Source of the DNA: Octopus bimaculoides
Lineage: Eukaryota
Direction of reading: 5' to 3'
NCBI RefSeq assembly: GCF_001194135.2
Contig: NC_068995.1
Coordinates: 7,578,229 to 7,642,228, forward strand
DNA length: 64,000 bases
Translations under genes and position numbers: made by a program
Shown: positions 40,932 through 52,915 of the stretch, piece by piece
Layout of the letters: each line of letters begins with the position of its first letter
Position numbering within the stretch: position 1 is the stretch's first letter
Notes under the pieces: model-generated
Databases searched by the model: none
Told to the model about the DNA's origin: nothing
What the model saw: only the letters and a program-made list of their open reading frames with translations

Positions 40932-41573
40932 AATGTAGTAAAGATTATTTGCCAACATAATGTGGTAGTCTACAGCTGGCTATACAACACACTATCTGTG
41001 TCCTTATATTTTCGAACAAGCTGAAAACGATGTTTCCTGGTGCTAAATAGAAGTAACATTCGTCCTAAACCAGGACTGCCACATTATGTTGGCAAATAAT
41101 CTTTACTTTGGAGTACTGTTACTGAATGTTTCTCGTTGAGAGATTTACAAATAATTTTTCTATTTTATTGAAATGAAATTGCTTCAAATCTGCAATTAGC
41201 ATAAACAGTGGCAGTATATCGCTAAATGCTATCAAATTCTCACAAATTCCTTCCCTTCTTACACCGCAGCGACTGCAGCCATATTGAATTGAAAACTTTT
41301 AGAGGTATAAAAAATAGAGGGGAAGTTGTGAGTATTTGTTAAATAAATATAGAGAAGGATAAATGTGTAATTATGTATGTATGTATATATACATATATAC
41401 ATACACACATACATATCTATCTATCTATCTTTATATATATATATGCCTTCATACAAATACACACACATACTATATATACATATAGACATATACATACATA
41501 GAGACACACACACACACATATATAAATGCACACCTGTCTGTCAATCTAATTCTGTTTTTTGTAAATCGTATAG

Positions 41574-41619
<46 letters not shown>

Positions 41620-41625
41620 ATATAA

Positions 41626-41704
<79 letters not shown>

Positions 41705-42351
41705 CATATATACCTATATATATTTATATATATATATATATAATGTATATATGTATATATATATTCACATATGTGAGTTATTTGTGTTTCCCTGCGCGTG
41801 TACTTATGAGCGTGAGTGAGAGCTATGAGTGAATATGTGCGTTCCCGACTTGAACAATACAAAACTCAAGTTGGAAAAAATATAGAGATAAAGAGATGGT
41901 GCGTAGGCGACAGAGAAAAGCACGAAGAGAGAGGGGGCGATCGAGCATGTGACCGAGCGTGAGAGAGACAAACGAATACAGATAGATAGAGAGGGGCAGT
42001 AAAGAGATATAAAACAGAAGAGAAAGAGAAAGAAAGAGTGAGGCAGAAATAATGAGAGAAATGGAAATAGAAGAGAAAACACAAAACCGATAACAAATGT
42101 ATAACTTATAAACCTCATTATTTAAAAACTATTAATATTTTAAAACTTAATGGGTTTTATTTTGTTTTGCCTGATTAAATCTCGATGCGATACAGAAAAT
42201 AAGCTTTGGCTTCATGTTATTCCTGAGTGGTTTGTTTGTTTGTCAAAATTTATGGAGAAGCATTTATAATTAATCTGCATACCAAATATTCATTCTACTC
42301 CCTTTATTCGAAACAGAACCATTAATATTTTAAATTTTCTAAACACTACAC

Positions 42352-42390
<39 letters not shown>

Positions 42391-42576
42391 GACATTGATA
42401 CATATTCACTCGCATGCACACATAAACACTAATATGTGTACATAATCCACGATTCATCCGAAACAGCTGTCAAGATAAGACTTTTACGTAACTACTTTTG
42501 TTTATTTTGTATTCTATGGAAATATAATCATCAAGCGTATTTGTACTTATCAGCTTTTTAAATAGATTCATATATA

Positions 42577-42990
42577 TCGGGTCATCCAATAAATAATGGG
42601 GTTTTTTTCATACTTCTTTTATTTTTCAAAATTAAGATAAACAGAAATTCATTTTTAATCTAAAATATACTCTCCGTCATTTTCTACAATGCTTTTCCAT
42701 CTATATGGCAGACGTGCAAAGTCCTTTTCTAAAATTCGTCTACAGAATTCATATTTTTTCGTCCAAATGATTTTGAAGACTGCAAAATAAATGATAATCA
42801 GATGGGGCAATGTCCGGCGAATATGGTGGGTGGGGCATCGTTTCTCATTCAAACTGCTCCAGCTTTTCGAATGTCATCCTCGCTGTATGTGGCCGAACGT
42901 TATCCTGATGTAAGAACACTTTTTGTCACGAAACCAAAAATGGTCATTTTTCTTCTAGCTTTGACTTTAGCCGCTCACGCCGCTCGCAGT
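42577..42990 (-). mobile_element. mariner transposase 3' fragment (D34D), pseudogene
   Basis: HQDNVRPHTARMTFEKLEQFE*ETMPHPPYSPDIAPSDYHLF has exactly 34 residues between the Asp residues, followed by ...LPYRWKSIVENDGEYILD*. A TIR-like end with TA lies at 42575-42601. This is a different family from the 7066/54983/60548 copies. Confidence 0.9.
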
Positions 42991-43375
42991 GGATCTTTGT
43001 TACCGTTTGGCTGATGTTTGTGAAGGGCAACCAATATCACGTCGATGCGATGGAGAAGGCCCAGCTATAGTAGTACACCTTGATCATCGTCTGATATTGG
43101 CATGATACCTATGCTATACATTTTTGATTTGTTTAATACTTTTTGTATAGTAAATAATATGATTGATGACTGATAAACTAATGTTTAATTTCATTTGTTT
43201 AGGTAACTATTCGTGTACACCTCGGTCATCATCTGACCTTGGCATGCTATACGTTTTTGGAAAGCTCTATGTCTAAGCTATAAGATAAAAATTCCACTAG
43301 ATTCATATGATATAATATAACAGTTTTCAGATTTGGCTTCCGCTGATTTTCTTACCTGTTGAACGGTGTAGTGTT

Positions 43376-43449
43376 TGCGAAGCTAACATTTTAGTTAGCG
43401 GGCTAGCGATTAGCGAAGCTAATATTTTGGTCAGCTGTGCCCACCACTG
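43376..43449 (-). mobile_element. hAT-like transposon terminus
   Basis: Minus strand cagtggtgggcacagctgaccaaaatattagcttcgctaatcgctagcccgctaactaaaatgttagcttcgc, with subterminal repeats of ttagcttcgc. No partner end was found. Confidence 0.35.
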
Positions 43450-43481
<32 letters not shown>

Positions 43482-43875
43482 ATGTGTTGGAGAATTCTAA
43501 AGCAAGTGTGGTAGTTATATTCACGATAAGTCCGCAGCTGAATTTAAACTTAAATTCCAACAATTCTACTTACGCCTGGTTGTTCCATTGCAGGATGTCG
43601 GCTATAAAAATGACATTTGTCGAGGGGTTACAAGATTAGAAAGACTGACCAATACAAGTAAGCTTAAGGAGTATATATGCATTGAATACGAAATAAACAT
43701 GGAATTATGTGTTGCTGTTATCTTGACAGCTGTTACGGCTGAACTAACGCTTCTGCCATAACCATGTCTATAATATAATAAAGAACCATAATGTCGTAGG
43801 TTTAAAATATAACGCAAATTTTTGAAGATGTTTGAGGCGATGCCATACATCCACATCAGAAGAATATATATGTGC

Positions 43876-43918
<43 letters not shown>

Positions 43919-44182
43919 TGTGTGTGTTTGTGTGTGCACGTGCATGCATTTGTGTATGTAAAATACTGTTTAGTCGATGATGAATTCCAGGATATCGTAG
44001 TTGATAATGCATGTATAGAACGATTTAATCACAATGTGATATTGCCCGTTGATTATAATTCCTCAGATTTCATTCCAACTTGAAAAATAAGCAATCTTCA
44101 AGCTTTAAATAAAATCACATTCTAGAAAAAAAATTTGCAAAATTCACGAATCCTGCCGCATCGTGTGGTTGGATATAGACAA

Positions 44183-44477
44183 TACAGTTCTATATTTAAG
44201 AGATGAGGAATTATGTACATTATTTACGTTATTTACATTTGACAGATATTTGTCCTCATCTTGTTTGTTGTTAACTTCCAGCCATCATCAGGTATCTTGG
44301 GGAAATTCCGAACCTAGGTTCTCATTCTTAAGGTATTTTTCGATGTTGCTGTTGTTGTTGTTATTGTTATTATTATCATTGTTATTATTATCATAATTAT
44401 TCAGGTCACTACCTGGAATCGAACTCAAAATCTTGGGGTTAGTAGCCCGTGCCCTTAACCACTACACCATATTCCCG
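44183..44477 (-). mobile_element. SINE family E, long form: tRNA head, (AAT/AAC)n, unique 3' module containing CTGATGA
   Basis: The head is homologous to 40821. The 3' module reads catcgaaaaataccttaagaatgagaacctagg...gatacCTGATGAtggctggaagttaacaacaaacaagatgagg...aatatagaactgta. Confidence 0.7.
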
Positions 44478-45280
44478 TGGTTATATAGACATTTATTCCA
44501 AGATATCAGTATATGTTCTTGGGTTTGTAGAAATATAGATTTTGAAATATGATGATAAATAAGTAAAAAAATTAAGATATAGGATCTAGGATATGGAAAA
44601 GTGGTCTTTATATGTGAGTGAGTATTTAAATGCATACGAAATTAGAAATAGTTGAAAAGTGGATAGAATTTAGGAAATGTCAAGGAATAAGTTTCCTATA
44701 GAATGAGCTATATGTAGTGCTAAGTAAAAATGATAAATATTTATGAAAACGAATAAGATTATACGATAAAGGGAATTAAGTATTGATGCTTTTATTCAGC
44801 TCGCAGCATGATCTTCCATTTGATTAGAAGGTACTATCGAAAGTGGCAGTATTTTGTAGAGATATGAGATCTCACGTATAAATAATTTTTAGATTTGTTA
44901 AGATATTGGATCAGCAGGCTTTTCTCGGTAGTATATAAACAGCAACTTCTTGTTCCATTTCTCTATCATATTCATCATACTTTGATCTTCTATTTTATAT
45001 TCAAATCAGTGGCATGCTTTTTCATACTCCAGATACTGTTGGAGAATTTTCTTGCATTCATCTTTGCTATATGTTTAAAGGAAGTGCGATTAAAGCAACG
45101 TTGCTTATATCTACCTTCCACTACTTCATAAATGTTCGCTTCAGTACTTTGTGTAGATGCTTTTGTTCAGCCCTAGGAATCCTAAACCAGTTACCTGGTC
45201 CCATGACGTATAACTGAAAGAAATCACAGCATGCCCTTTGAAAATGTCACCGGTCTGTTGCAGTTTTAATGGGACAAGGC

Positions 45281-45445
45281 GAGTCAATTATATTTGCGCT
45301 AGTTATACGACTGGTATTCCATTTTAACACTCCCAATAGCATGAAAGTTAAGATCAGCGGAATTTGAACTGAGAAAGTAGAGAGCCGGAAGAAATATCAC
45401 CAAACATTTTGTCCGGCGTGCTAATGATTTTGCCGGCTCACCGCC
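45281..45445 (-). mobile_element. SINE family A, degenerate
   Basis: Minus strand ggcggtgagccggcaaaatcattagcacgccggacaaaatg...cagttcaaattccgctgatc. Confidence 0.7.
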
Positions 45446-45529
45446 ATTTACCCATGCAATAGGCATAATTAATTTAGTACAGCTGGGACTTTGTTTAAAA
45501 CTTCTTGCTTCCTGTTTAATTTTCTCACT

Positions 45530-46500
45530 GTAGAATACTATTAAAAGTAAAAGATTTCTTTCTGATATTATACTTAATAGTTAACCAACAACATTTTACA
45601 ATCACTTATTATTGGAGCTCAGCTTCAAGCTGCATAATATGTGCAAAGAATGAATTGGTGTCTTATAGCCATTACGCTTTAAAGATTCAGGAAAAAAGTT
45701 TTTCAGCGTTTGTTCTTAATAATGGATGGCGGAATGTTGGAGATATTTATTATCTAATCGTTGATATGCTAGCTTCTAATGCTTCATTATAAAGAGATTT
45801 TTGTCTTATCAGAGTTTCTATATTTAGTGAAAGAGTAGAACTTCTCCCTTTAAAATTATTTATCAGGTTCTTGAAATCTATGTTTAGATAACAATAGCCT
45901 ATATTATAATCTTTCATTGGTTTATCTTTGTAGGTAGGATGCTGACAATATCTAGGAAATTTCGAAACTAATGTTAGTGGTGGTTGTTATTTTCAGATGG
46001 AAATTATCAAAGGTATTAGCAGGATCATATTTCATTTATCTAATATGTCGATTAGCGTGTTAGGATATAGCTAAGCCATCATCTTTACATAAACAAATGT
46101 TAATTTTAGCAAATTTCTTACTGGGTATGTGGATGATACGTAGGTCAAGATGATCCCATATACTGACACTGACAAAAGATTATTTATTACAATTTATTGA
46201 AAATTACATACATTAGTATTGACTCCTGAAAACCCCAATTTTTAAAAGTACGAATGACAACATTAGTAGAAATGTCTCGAGTCGGTTTAGAGTACGGAAG
46301 TCATCGATAAAGTACCTTACAATTATAAAAATTTGAAGAATATTCCAAGTAGAAAAATATGAACGACTATATCTCTAAGCCGTGCGATTTAAGGCAAATT
46401 TGGTTGCTCTTTTAGATCAGTCGGGTACCTCTGGCTTCATTCGTTAGTTCTGAATTCGACCATGGATTGTGGTAGATTTGGCTCACATATATAAATTCTT
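45530..46500 (-). mobile_element. Decayed Penelope-like reverse transcriptase region
   Basis: Minus strand MGSS (about 46150), LCKDDGLAIS (DDGL at 46072-46083), FDNFHLKITTTTNI, SLYNEALEAS. These follow the order of PLE RT motifs (MGS, YRDDGL, LKITIxxN, YNxAL). Many stops and frameshifts. Confidence 0.55.
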
Positions 46501-47091
46501 TTGGTTGCCGAATGTCAGTTTCTTAACGTAGATGATCACATACTAATACTATAAACAAGCGATGAAACTAGAAATGACAACGAAATCTCCATCAGGAACA
46601 AAGTTTTTCTCATTATTACAAAAGTGGGATGACAGATTTGACAATGCAGTTTAGTTTGAGATATAAGACATTCGGCTAAATATAAGTTTAGTGTTATAAA
46701 ACTGTCATACCAGACAACAGGTAATTATGAACAAAAAAACTTTTTCACCCAAAAAACATTTTAAAAATAGGTTTAAAAACTACTCTTACGAAGCCACAAA
46801 AATGATTTAATATAAATAACAATGAAAAATGTTCTTACTATATTTCAATGTTTTTCACAATCTTCTGTTGAATGAGATTGATTTCCCGGTTACACACAAG
46901 ACATTTACGTTGGCAGAAGAAATATACAGTTTAGTTTCTAATGTTAACTAATGCATTTGTTGTTGAGTTTCTACTTAAATATTTTCATCTAACTTTCTTG
47001 TCTGTGTTTAACTAATTCAATTATGCATACATATAGCATGTCTATGTTTAAGCTCTCTTTCTAACTTATATCTAGTTATTCTAACTAATCG

Positions 47092-47137
<46 letters not shown>

Positions 47138-47345
47138 TGGTTTATCCAGTATTGTGGGGAAGAGGAGATCTAGTTCCTTTTTGAAGACATCTGCTTCCAC
47201 CTTATGTAGATTTCTTAATTTTTGTGGCAGGTCATTTTGAAGAGCTGTGGGCCTTTGAACCCTAGACTATTGCAGTACCTGTCCTGAATTTAGATGGAGA
47301 GATTTTAACTTTAGTACGTAATTCAAAGTTAAAACCGTGGTTTAA
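47138..47345 (-). mobile_element. CR1/L2-like LINE ORF2 C-terminal fragment
   Basis: Frameshifted NSL/FKGPQLF/LPQKLRNLHKVEADVFKKELDLLF matches the GPxLFNxLP...FKxxLD pattern of CR1-group LINE C-termini. Confidence 0.65.
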
Positions 47346-47436
47346 TATATATAGAGAAGATAAGATATGGAGCAATAATTAACAATGAGAAGTGGATCAT
47401 CGGTGTTTAGGAGTCATTATTTAATTGAATTTGGAA

Positions 47437-47515
47437 CATTTACAGCTGCTTCTGTTTATCAAATTGCAGTAAATTTACATTTACCTCGTTACATTTAATA
47501 AACATCTTCAGAATG
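47437..47515 (-). ncRNA. Type-I hammerhead motif (A15.1G)
   Basis: Minus strand catt-CTGAAGA-tgtttattaaat...atttgataaaca-GAAGC-agct-GTA-aatg, with a 12-bp stem II. Confidence 0.7.
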
Positions 47516-47835
47516 ATTAGAGGGAAAAGAAAGGCAAAACAAAAATGAATAAAGAAAAAAAAAAGAAAATGAAAAGAGTTCGTTAGAGTTAAAGGCTTAC
47601 ATTTTAGTGACTTGTATATTTCCACGTGTTAATAGATTCCTTCATTGGATGCGTGTTGCAGTAAGTGGGGAAAGTGGCTATTTGACCGGTGGTGTTAGCC
47701 GAAGGAGTTATAGCTGTTGGGGATATCCGGTGTTGTTATTAGTAATACGTAACGCTAAATTGTGGCTTCTAAGTTAGTCCCTGTAATTTCAAATGAAGCC
47801 CTCGTATAAAATTGTGCCTTTCTTTCCCCTCTAAT

Positions 47836-47914
47836 CATTCTGAAGGTGTGTATTAAATGCAACGAGGCAAATGTAAATTTACTCCAATTTGATAAACTGA
47901 AACAGCTGTAAATG
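47836..47914 (+). ncRNA. Type-I hammerhead motif (A9G)
   Basis: catt-CTGAAGG-tgtgtattaaat...atttgataaact-GAAAC-agct-GTA-aatg. Confidence 0.7.
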
Positions 47915-48399
47915 TTCCAAATTCAATTAAATAATGACTTTTAAACACCAATCATCCACTTCTCATTGTTAATTGTTACTCTATTTCGTATCTTCTCTCT
48001 CTCTATATACATACATGCATATATACATGTGTGTGTATTTTTTATTCACATTGGTATTTATGAGTGTAACTAGAAATGTGTATACGCGTGTGTGAGAGAC
48101 AAATGCGAGTCAAATAGAGAAAAAGTTTGAATATACATATGATACAAACATACGTTAGTGAAATAGTGAAACATAATAAGAAGTTGAAAATATCTGCGTA
48201 TAAAACACCAACGAATGTAATATTTAATTGTAGAGAATATGTGTGGCAGTGTGTTAAGAATGTCGCTTGCAAACCAGATACCACAAGGTACGGTATTCTA
48301 GCATGAATGTAGCACAGGAAGCATATTGTTGATATTTCAGTTATTCCATTGAGATCATTATTGCGAATCGATAATAAAGGAAAACTATTTAATTAGTAG

Positions 48400-48600
48400 T
48401 ATTTTTCTGTCGGTATGTGTGTCTCCATTATTTGTGTCTCCATTATGTTTTCAACGGTCTTCAATGAGTATGCTATTGGGAAATCCATGAATGCTATAAC
48501 CACTCCACCTCCATTTCTTTCTCCCATTCTGACAAACAACTTGTGTGATAGCCGAATACAGAAGAAAACAATGCGACATTTAGATTCCTTTGTTTAAATT
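48400..48600 (-). mobile_element. Possible LINE APE endonuclease fragment
   Basis: Minus strand SSVFGYH/LFVRMGERNGGGVVI resembles the GY..R.DR..R.GGGV APE motif. It is the only motif seen. Confidence 0.3.
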
Positions 48601-48612
48601 GGAAGGCATATT

Positions 48613-48643
<31 letters not shown>

Positions 48644-49039
48644 GTATGTATGTTGAGGTATGCAATCCTTGAAACTGCCTCGTAGGAAAGTTTCAAGAAT
48701 TACATTGAAAGTGACTGCCACCTTGACTCAGGTATCCTTGAACCTTTGCCATTCATTTCGAAACCAATAATAGAAAAGGCTTTGATAAACGATCTACAAA
48801 GGAACAACCTTTCAATTCTTGTTTGCATTTCGTTAAGTTTGAACATACTAAAAACAGACTGTAGGCGTCATATTGTACAGTGTATATCAAATCTTAGATT
48901 CTTTACACAGATAAAAGAAGCAGCATTCGAAGTCAAAATTCTGGAGGACGATATACTAGAAAGCGTTCAAGATTCAAGATGCAATACATGTTATGAAATA
49001 TGGTGATAAGTTAAATAACTGGAACCCCCAAAACTCTAA

Positions 49040-49102
49040 TATCGCAAACTCTAGCCTCTTCCCCAAAATTTCGGGTATTGTGCATAGAGTTGAAAAGAAT
49101 AT
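49040..49102 (+). mobile_element. SINE family A, 3' end
   Basis: cctcttccccaaaatttcgggtattgtgcatagagttgaaaagaatat. Confidence 0.6.
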
Positions 49103-49779
49103 CAAATAACAAGTTCACACTCGCCTAGCAAGCACAATCTGTTAAGTATAGAAAATAAGAAACTCTCGAAAAGTCAGCCAGGAAAGGATAAAACACAAAG
49201 GACAAAGGATATATGCATACAAGAGGCAAGATTAATATAATTTATCTCGATCAGAATCATAAACGCTTTACATTAAACTGTGGTAGTTTGTGCTGGTGAT
49301 AGAAGGTAGTGGGTGGAATTATGTCCCATCTGGAGGGACACAATTTGTGTAATACCATTTTACACCAGACGTGTATCCCACGTCATATTATAAACACATT
49401 CCAGGCAACTTGTTCACACATTAATTGCTCGTAGGGACACCATATTTCGTTTCGGGACCATAATATATTAACAAATATATCAATAGATCATACGTTAATA
49501 CTGTATCCTATTTTGTATTAGCAGTGTGTTGTTTACATTTTTAAGTGTATCGCTACAAATTTTCTATAGATTTTAGAGCTGACACTGAAAGTTATGGCCG
49601 AATGATTAAGAAATTCTTATTGCAGGAATCAGATCCTGTGTCTGATCCTATGGCCTGCACCTTGTTCAAATTTTATTATTTATAGCCTTGGATCGATCCA
49701 TGTGTGGCGACTGAGATTGAGGTAGGTGAAAATTTACAGAAAGCTATCGGCTGAATTTCAATTGTGATCTATTATTCAA

Positions 49780-49930
49780 AAGAAAAACCTTGCTCATATG
49801 CTGTTTCACGCTGAGGATTATATTGAGAGTATGATTGTGTGAAGGATACTCAGCTACTTACATGTTAATTCACTGAGCAAGTAATACAGTTGATCGAAGA
49901 AATAAATCCTCTTCGTCAGACGACGGAGAT
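49780..49930 (+). mobile_element. SINE family C, degenerate 3' part
   Basis: tactcagctacttacatgttaattcactgagcaag...gttgatcgaa...cgtcagacgacggag aligns with 36880-36970. Confidence 0.55.
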
Positions 49931-50444
49931 TCACCAAATACGATAGAAAATAGTTTATGATATAATTTCAAGTAGGAACGTTAAAAAGGGGAAGTAAATA
50001 ACCATCCACTCACTGTTCAGTCGGAGACAGTAGTTATTTTCTGGCCAGAAAAGAAATCTTAGCAATAGCGGTGAAGGTAAAAATACACACACACACACAC
50101 GCACACACACACGTACACACACATGCATTTTTTATCATGANNNNNNNNNNNNNNNNNNNNNNNNNNNNNNNNNNNNNNNNNNNNNNNNNNNNNNNNNNNN
50201 NNNNNNNNNNNNNNNNNNNNNNNNNNNNNNNNNNNNNNNNNNNNNNNNNNNNNNNNNNNNNNNNNNNNNNNNNNNNNNNNNNNNNNNNNNNNNNNNNNNN
50301 NNNNNNNNNNNNNNNNNNNNNNNNNNNNNNNNNNNNNNNNNNNNNNNNNNNNNNNNNNNNNNNNNNNNNNNNNNNNNNNNNNNNNNNNNNNNNNNNNNNN
50401 NNNNNNNNNNNNNNNNNNNNNTTGTATGTATGTATGCATGCATG

Positions 50445-50485
<41 letters not shown>

Positions 50486-51609
50486 ATACATATATGTGTG
50501 TGTGTGTGTGTGTGTGTGTATGTAGCTACGTACAAAGGGTGAGAGAAAGAGAGAGAAAGAGAGAAAGATAAAGAGAGTGATAGTCAAGGCTAGTTCAATC
50601 GATCGGTAGGATACTATTTTTTAAATTTTATTTCTTTGTGGGAAATGGAAACATTTATTTTCGCCAACGCACCAGATAGCTATAACGTCCAACCGAACGC
50701 ATATGCAACCACATACATTCATTATATATACCCCATTATCTCTCTATGTCTCTGTGTATACACGCAAAGACACACGCGCACATATATATATATTATGTCT
50801 CATAAATATATGCGCATATAAATACATATACATATTTATACAATCACAACTACGTGTATATATATATATATATACATACTTTCATCGTAAGTTTTATNNN
50901 NNNNNNNNNNNNNNNNNNNNNNNNNNNNNNNNNNNNNNNNNNNNNNNNNNNNNNNNNNNNNNNNNNNNNNNNNNNNNNNNNNNNNNNNNNNNNNNNNNNN
51001 NNNNNNNNNNNNNNNNNNNNNNNNNNNNNNNNNNNNNNNNNNNNNNNNNNNNNNNNNNNNNNNNNNNNNNNNNNNNNNNNNNNNNNNNNNNNNNNNNNNN
51101 NNNNNNNNNNNNNNNNNNNNNNNNNNNNNNNNNNNNNNNNNNNNNNNNNNNNNNNNNNNNNNNNNNNNNNNNNNNNNNNNNNNNNNNNNNNNNNNNNNNN
51201 NNNNNNNNNNNNNNNNNNNNNNNNNNNNNNNNNNNNNNNNNNNNNNNNNNNNNNNNNNNNNNNNNNNNNNNNNNNNNNNNNNACATTTCGTGTAATAATA
51301 TGTTTAACGTTTCTTTTGGCGAAATATATTTGGAATGTTATCTTGAAAAATGTTTCCTGTTTGGTCTTTCGTTATTTGCCACTATTTCTGTTTTCGCTAC
51401 CTCAATTAATGTTTTACTGTTGTTGTTGCTGCTGTTAGTTTTGTCGCCGTTCTCGTCGTCATTGTCTTTGCTGGCTGGGTCGATATCATACTAAGATCTT
51501 GTAGACTTGTCTTTTACCACTGTGTAACACGATTTTTTTCTCCTTTGAATAACAACTGTTACCTAATTTTGGTTTTGTAACATTTATTCAAACCACAATG
51601 AATCCTTCT

Positions 51610-51664
<55 letters not shown>

Positions 51665-51853
51665 TTTTGGTTGACAGGGATATATAATCCGAACGGGTAC
51701 CAATATGCTCTTCTACAGATTGATAATACTAGTTAACATTTGTAAGCTTTTGTACCTTCAGTTGGTTGGCTTAACTAATTGTTCTAAATTCTCGCACCTA
51801 AAAATCCAGTTGTGTCTATAGATTCTGTATGCTTTTCGATAAAAGAGAAATAA

Positions 51854-52243
51854 TAATGAATCAGTTTAAAGAATACAAAGAATAGAGAATATTCAGTTTT
51901 TTTTTTATTGTGCAGTCATTTCTGTTTTCATTTCTCTGCCAACGTAACGTTTCTGCCGCTATCAAGGTGCATGTTCCGCATCTTTTGGTGCATTATGATG
52001 CTTAGCATCCATGAAGGGCTTCATAACGGCATTCGGACCGCTAATATCGAAGAAATCAAATTAGCGGTCAGAATGCCCTGACGAAACTCTTGATGGATAT
52101 TAGCATCATAATGTACCAAGAGATGAGGAAGATGCACCTTGATGGCGGCAGAAACGTTACGCAGACGCAAAAAGAACATAAATGGCTGCATAATAAAGAA
52201 TTGGATAGCCTCTATTATTTATATTCCTTAAACTGATTCATTA
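51854..52243. repeat. 390-bp foldback palindrome (MITE-like)
   Basis: Arms 51854-52045 and 52060-52243, 14-nt loop. The ends are taatgaatcagtttaa and ttaaactgattcatta. Confidence 0.9.
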
Positions 52244-52259
52244 TACATACATACATACA

Positions 52260-52309
<50 letters not shown>

Positions 52310-52540
52310 GCAATAATAAATCTCTGACCGAGATATAAACAGTAGCCGCACGACATCGTGAAGCATATTTTCCACCTAAATGTGGCTAACCCTTAAGGGT
52401 CCATGCTACTCCGGGGAGGGATACGGAAGTTACTAGTCGATATAAATTTGGAGATGCCGATTTTTTCTTATGTGATATTTGATGTCGCATGGTCAAATGC
52501 ACATGGGTTTATTAGCATTTACAAATTTATAATTTTGGAT

Positions 52541-52598
52541 ATCATGCTGAAGAGTGCAACGAATTTTTATATTCTAATCACGAAACTTCGTACATGAT
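52541..52598 (+). ncRNA. Minimal type-I hammerhead ribozyme, catalytic core fully canonical
   Basis: atcatg-CTGAAGA-gtg-caac-gaat-ttttat-attc-taat-cac-GAAAC-ttc-GTA-catgat. Perfect 6-bp stem I, G10.1-C11.1, A15.1-U16.1, C15.2-G16.2, GUA cleavage triplet. Confidence 0.85.
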
Positions 52599-52873
52599 TA
52601 ACTAACGGCAGGTTTGTTTTCGTTTATTTTTCCTCTGTTTGTTCTTTGTGAGCCATAAATATCGCTATCCGTTGGAAACTAAATTGTAGTAAGAATTAGT
52701 AGTTTTAACTGCTATTTCTAAATTTTCAGTTTGTTGGTGAAGCAAATCCTGCTGATCCCTATATATTTATAATTATAGATGGTTTACCGATAAAGGTTTT
52801 TTTTTTTGGAATACTGAACTACTTGGCAAAATTGTTAGTTATTAATTTATGAATTAATTAACAATTCCCTACT

Positions 52874-52915
<42 letters not shown>

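Larger units (their letters stand above)
47353..47998. mobile_element. Inverted repeat pair (about 184-bp arms, 278-bp spacer), each arm carrying an HHR; probable PLE pseudo-LTRs
   Basis: Arms 47353-47536 and 47815-47998 are reverse-complementary with scattered substitutions. Confidence 0.85.
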
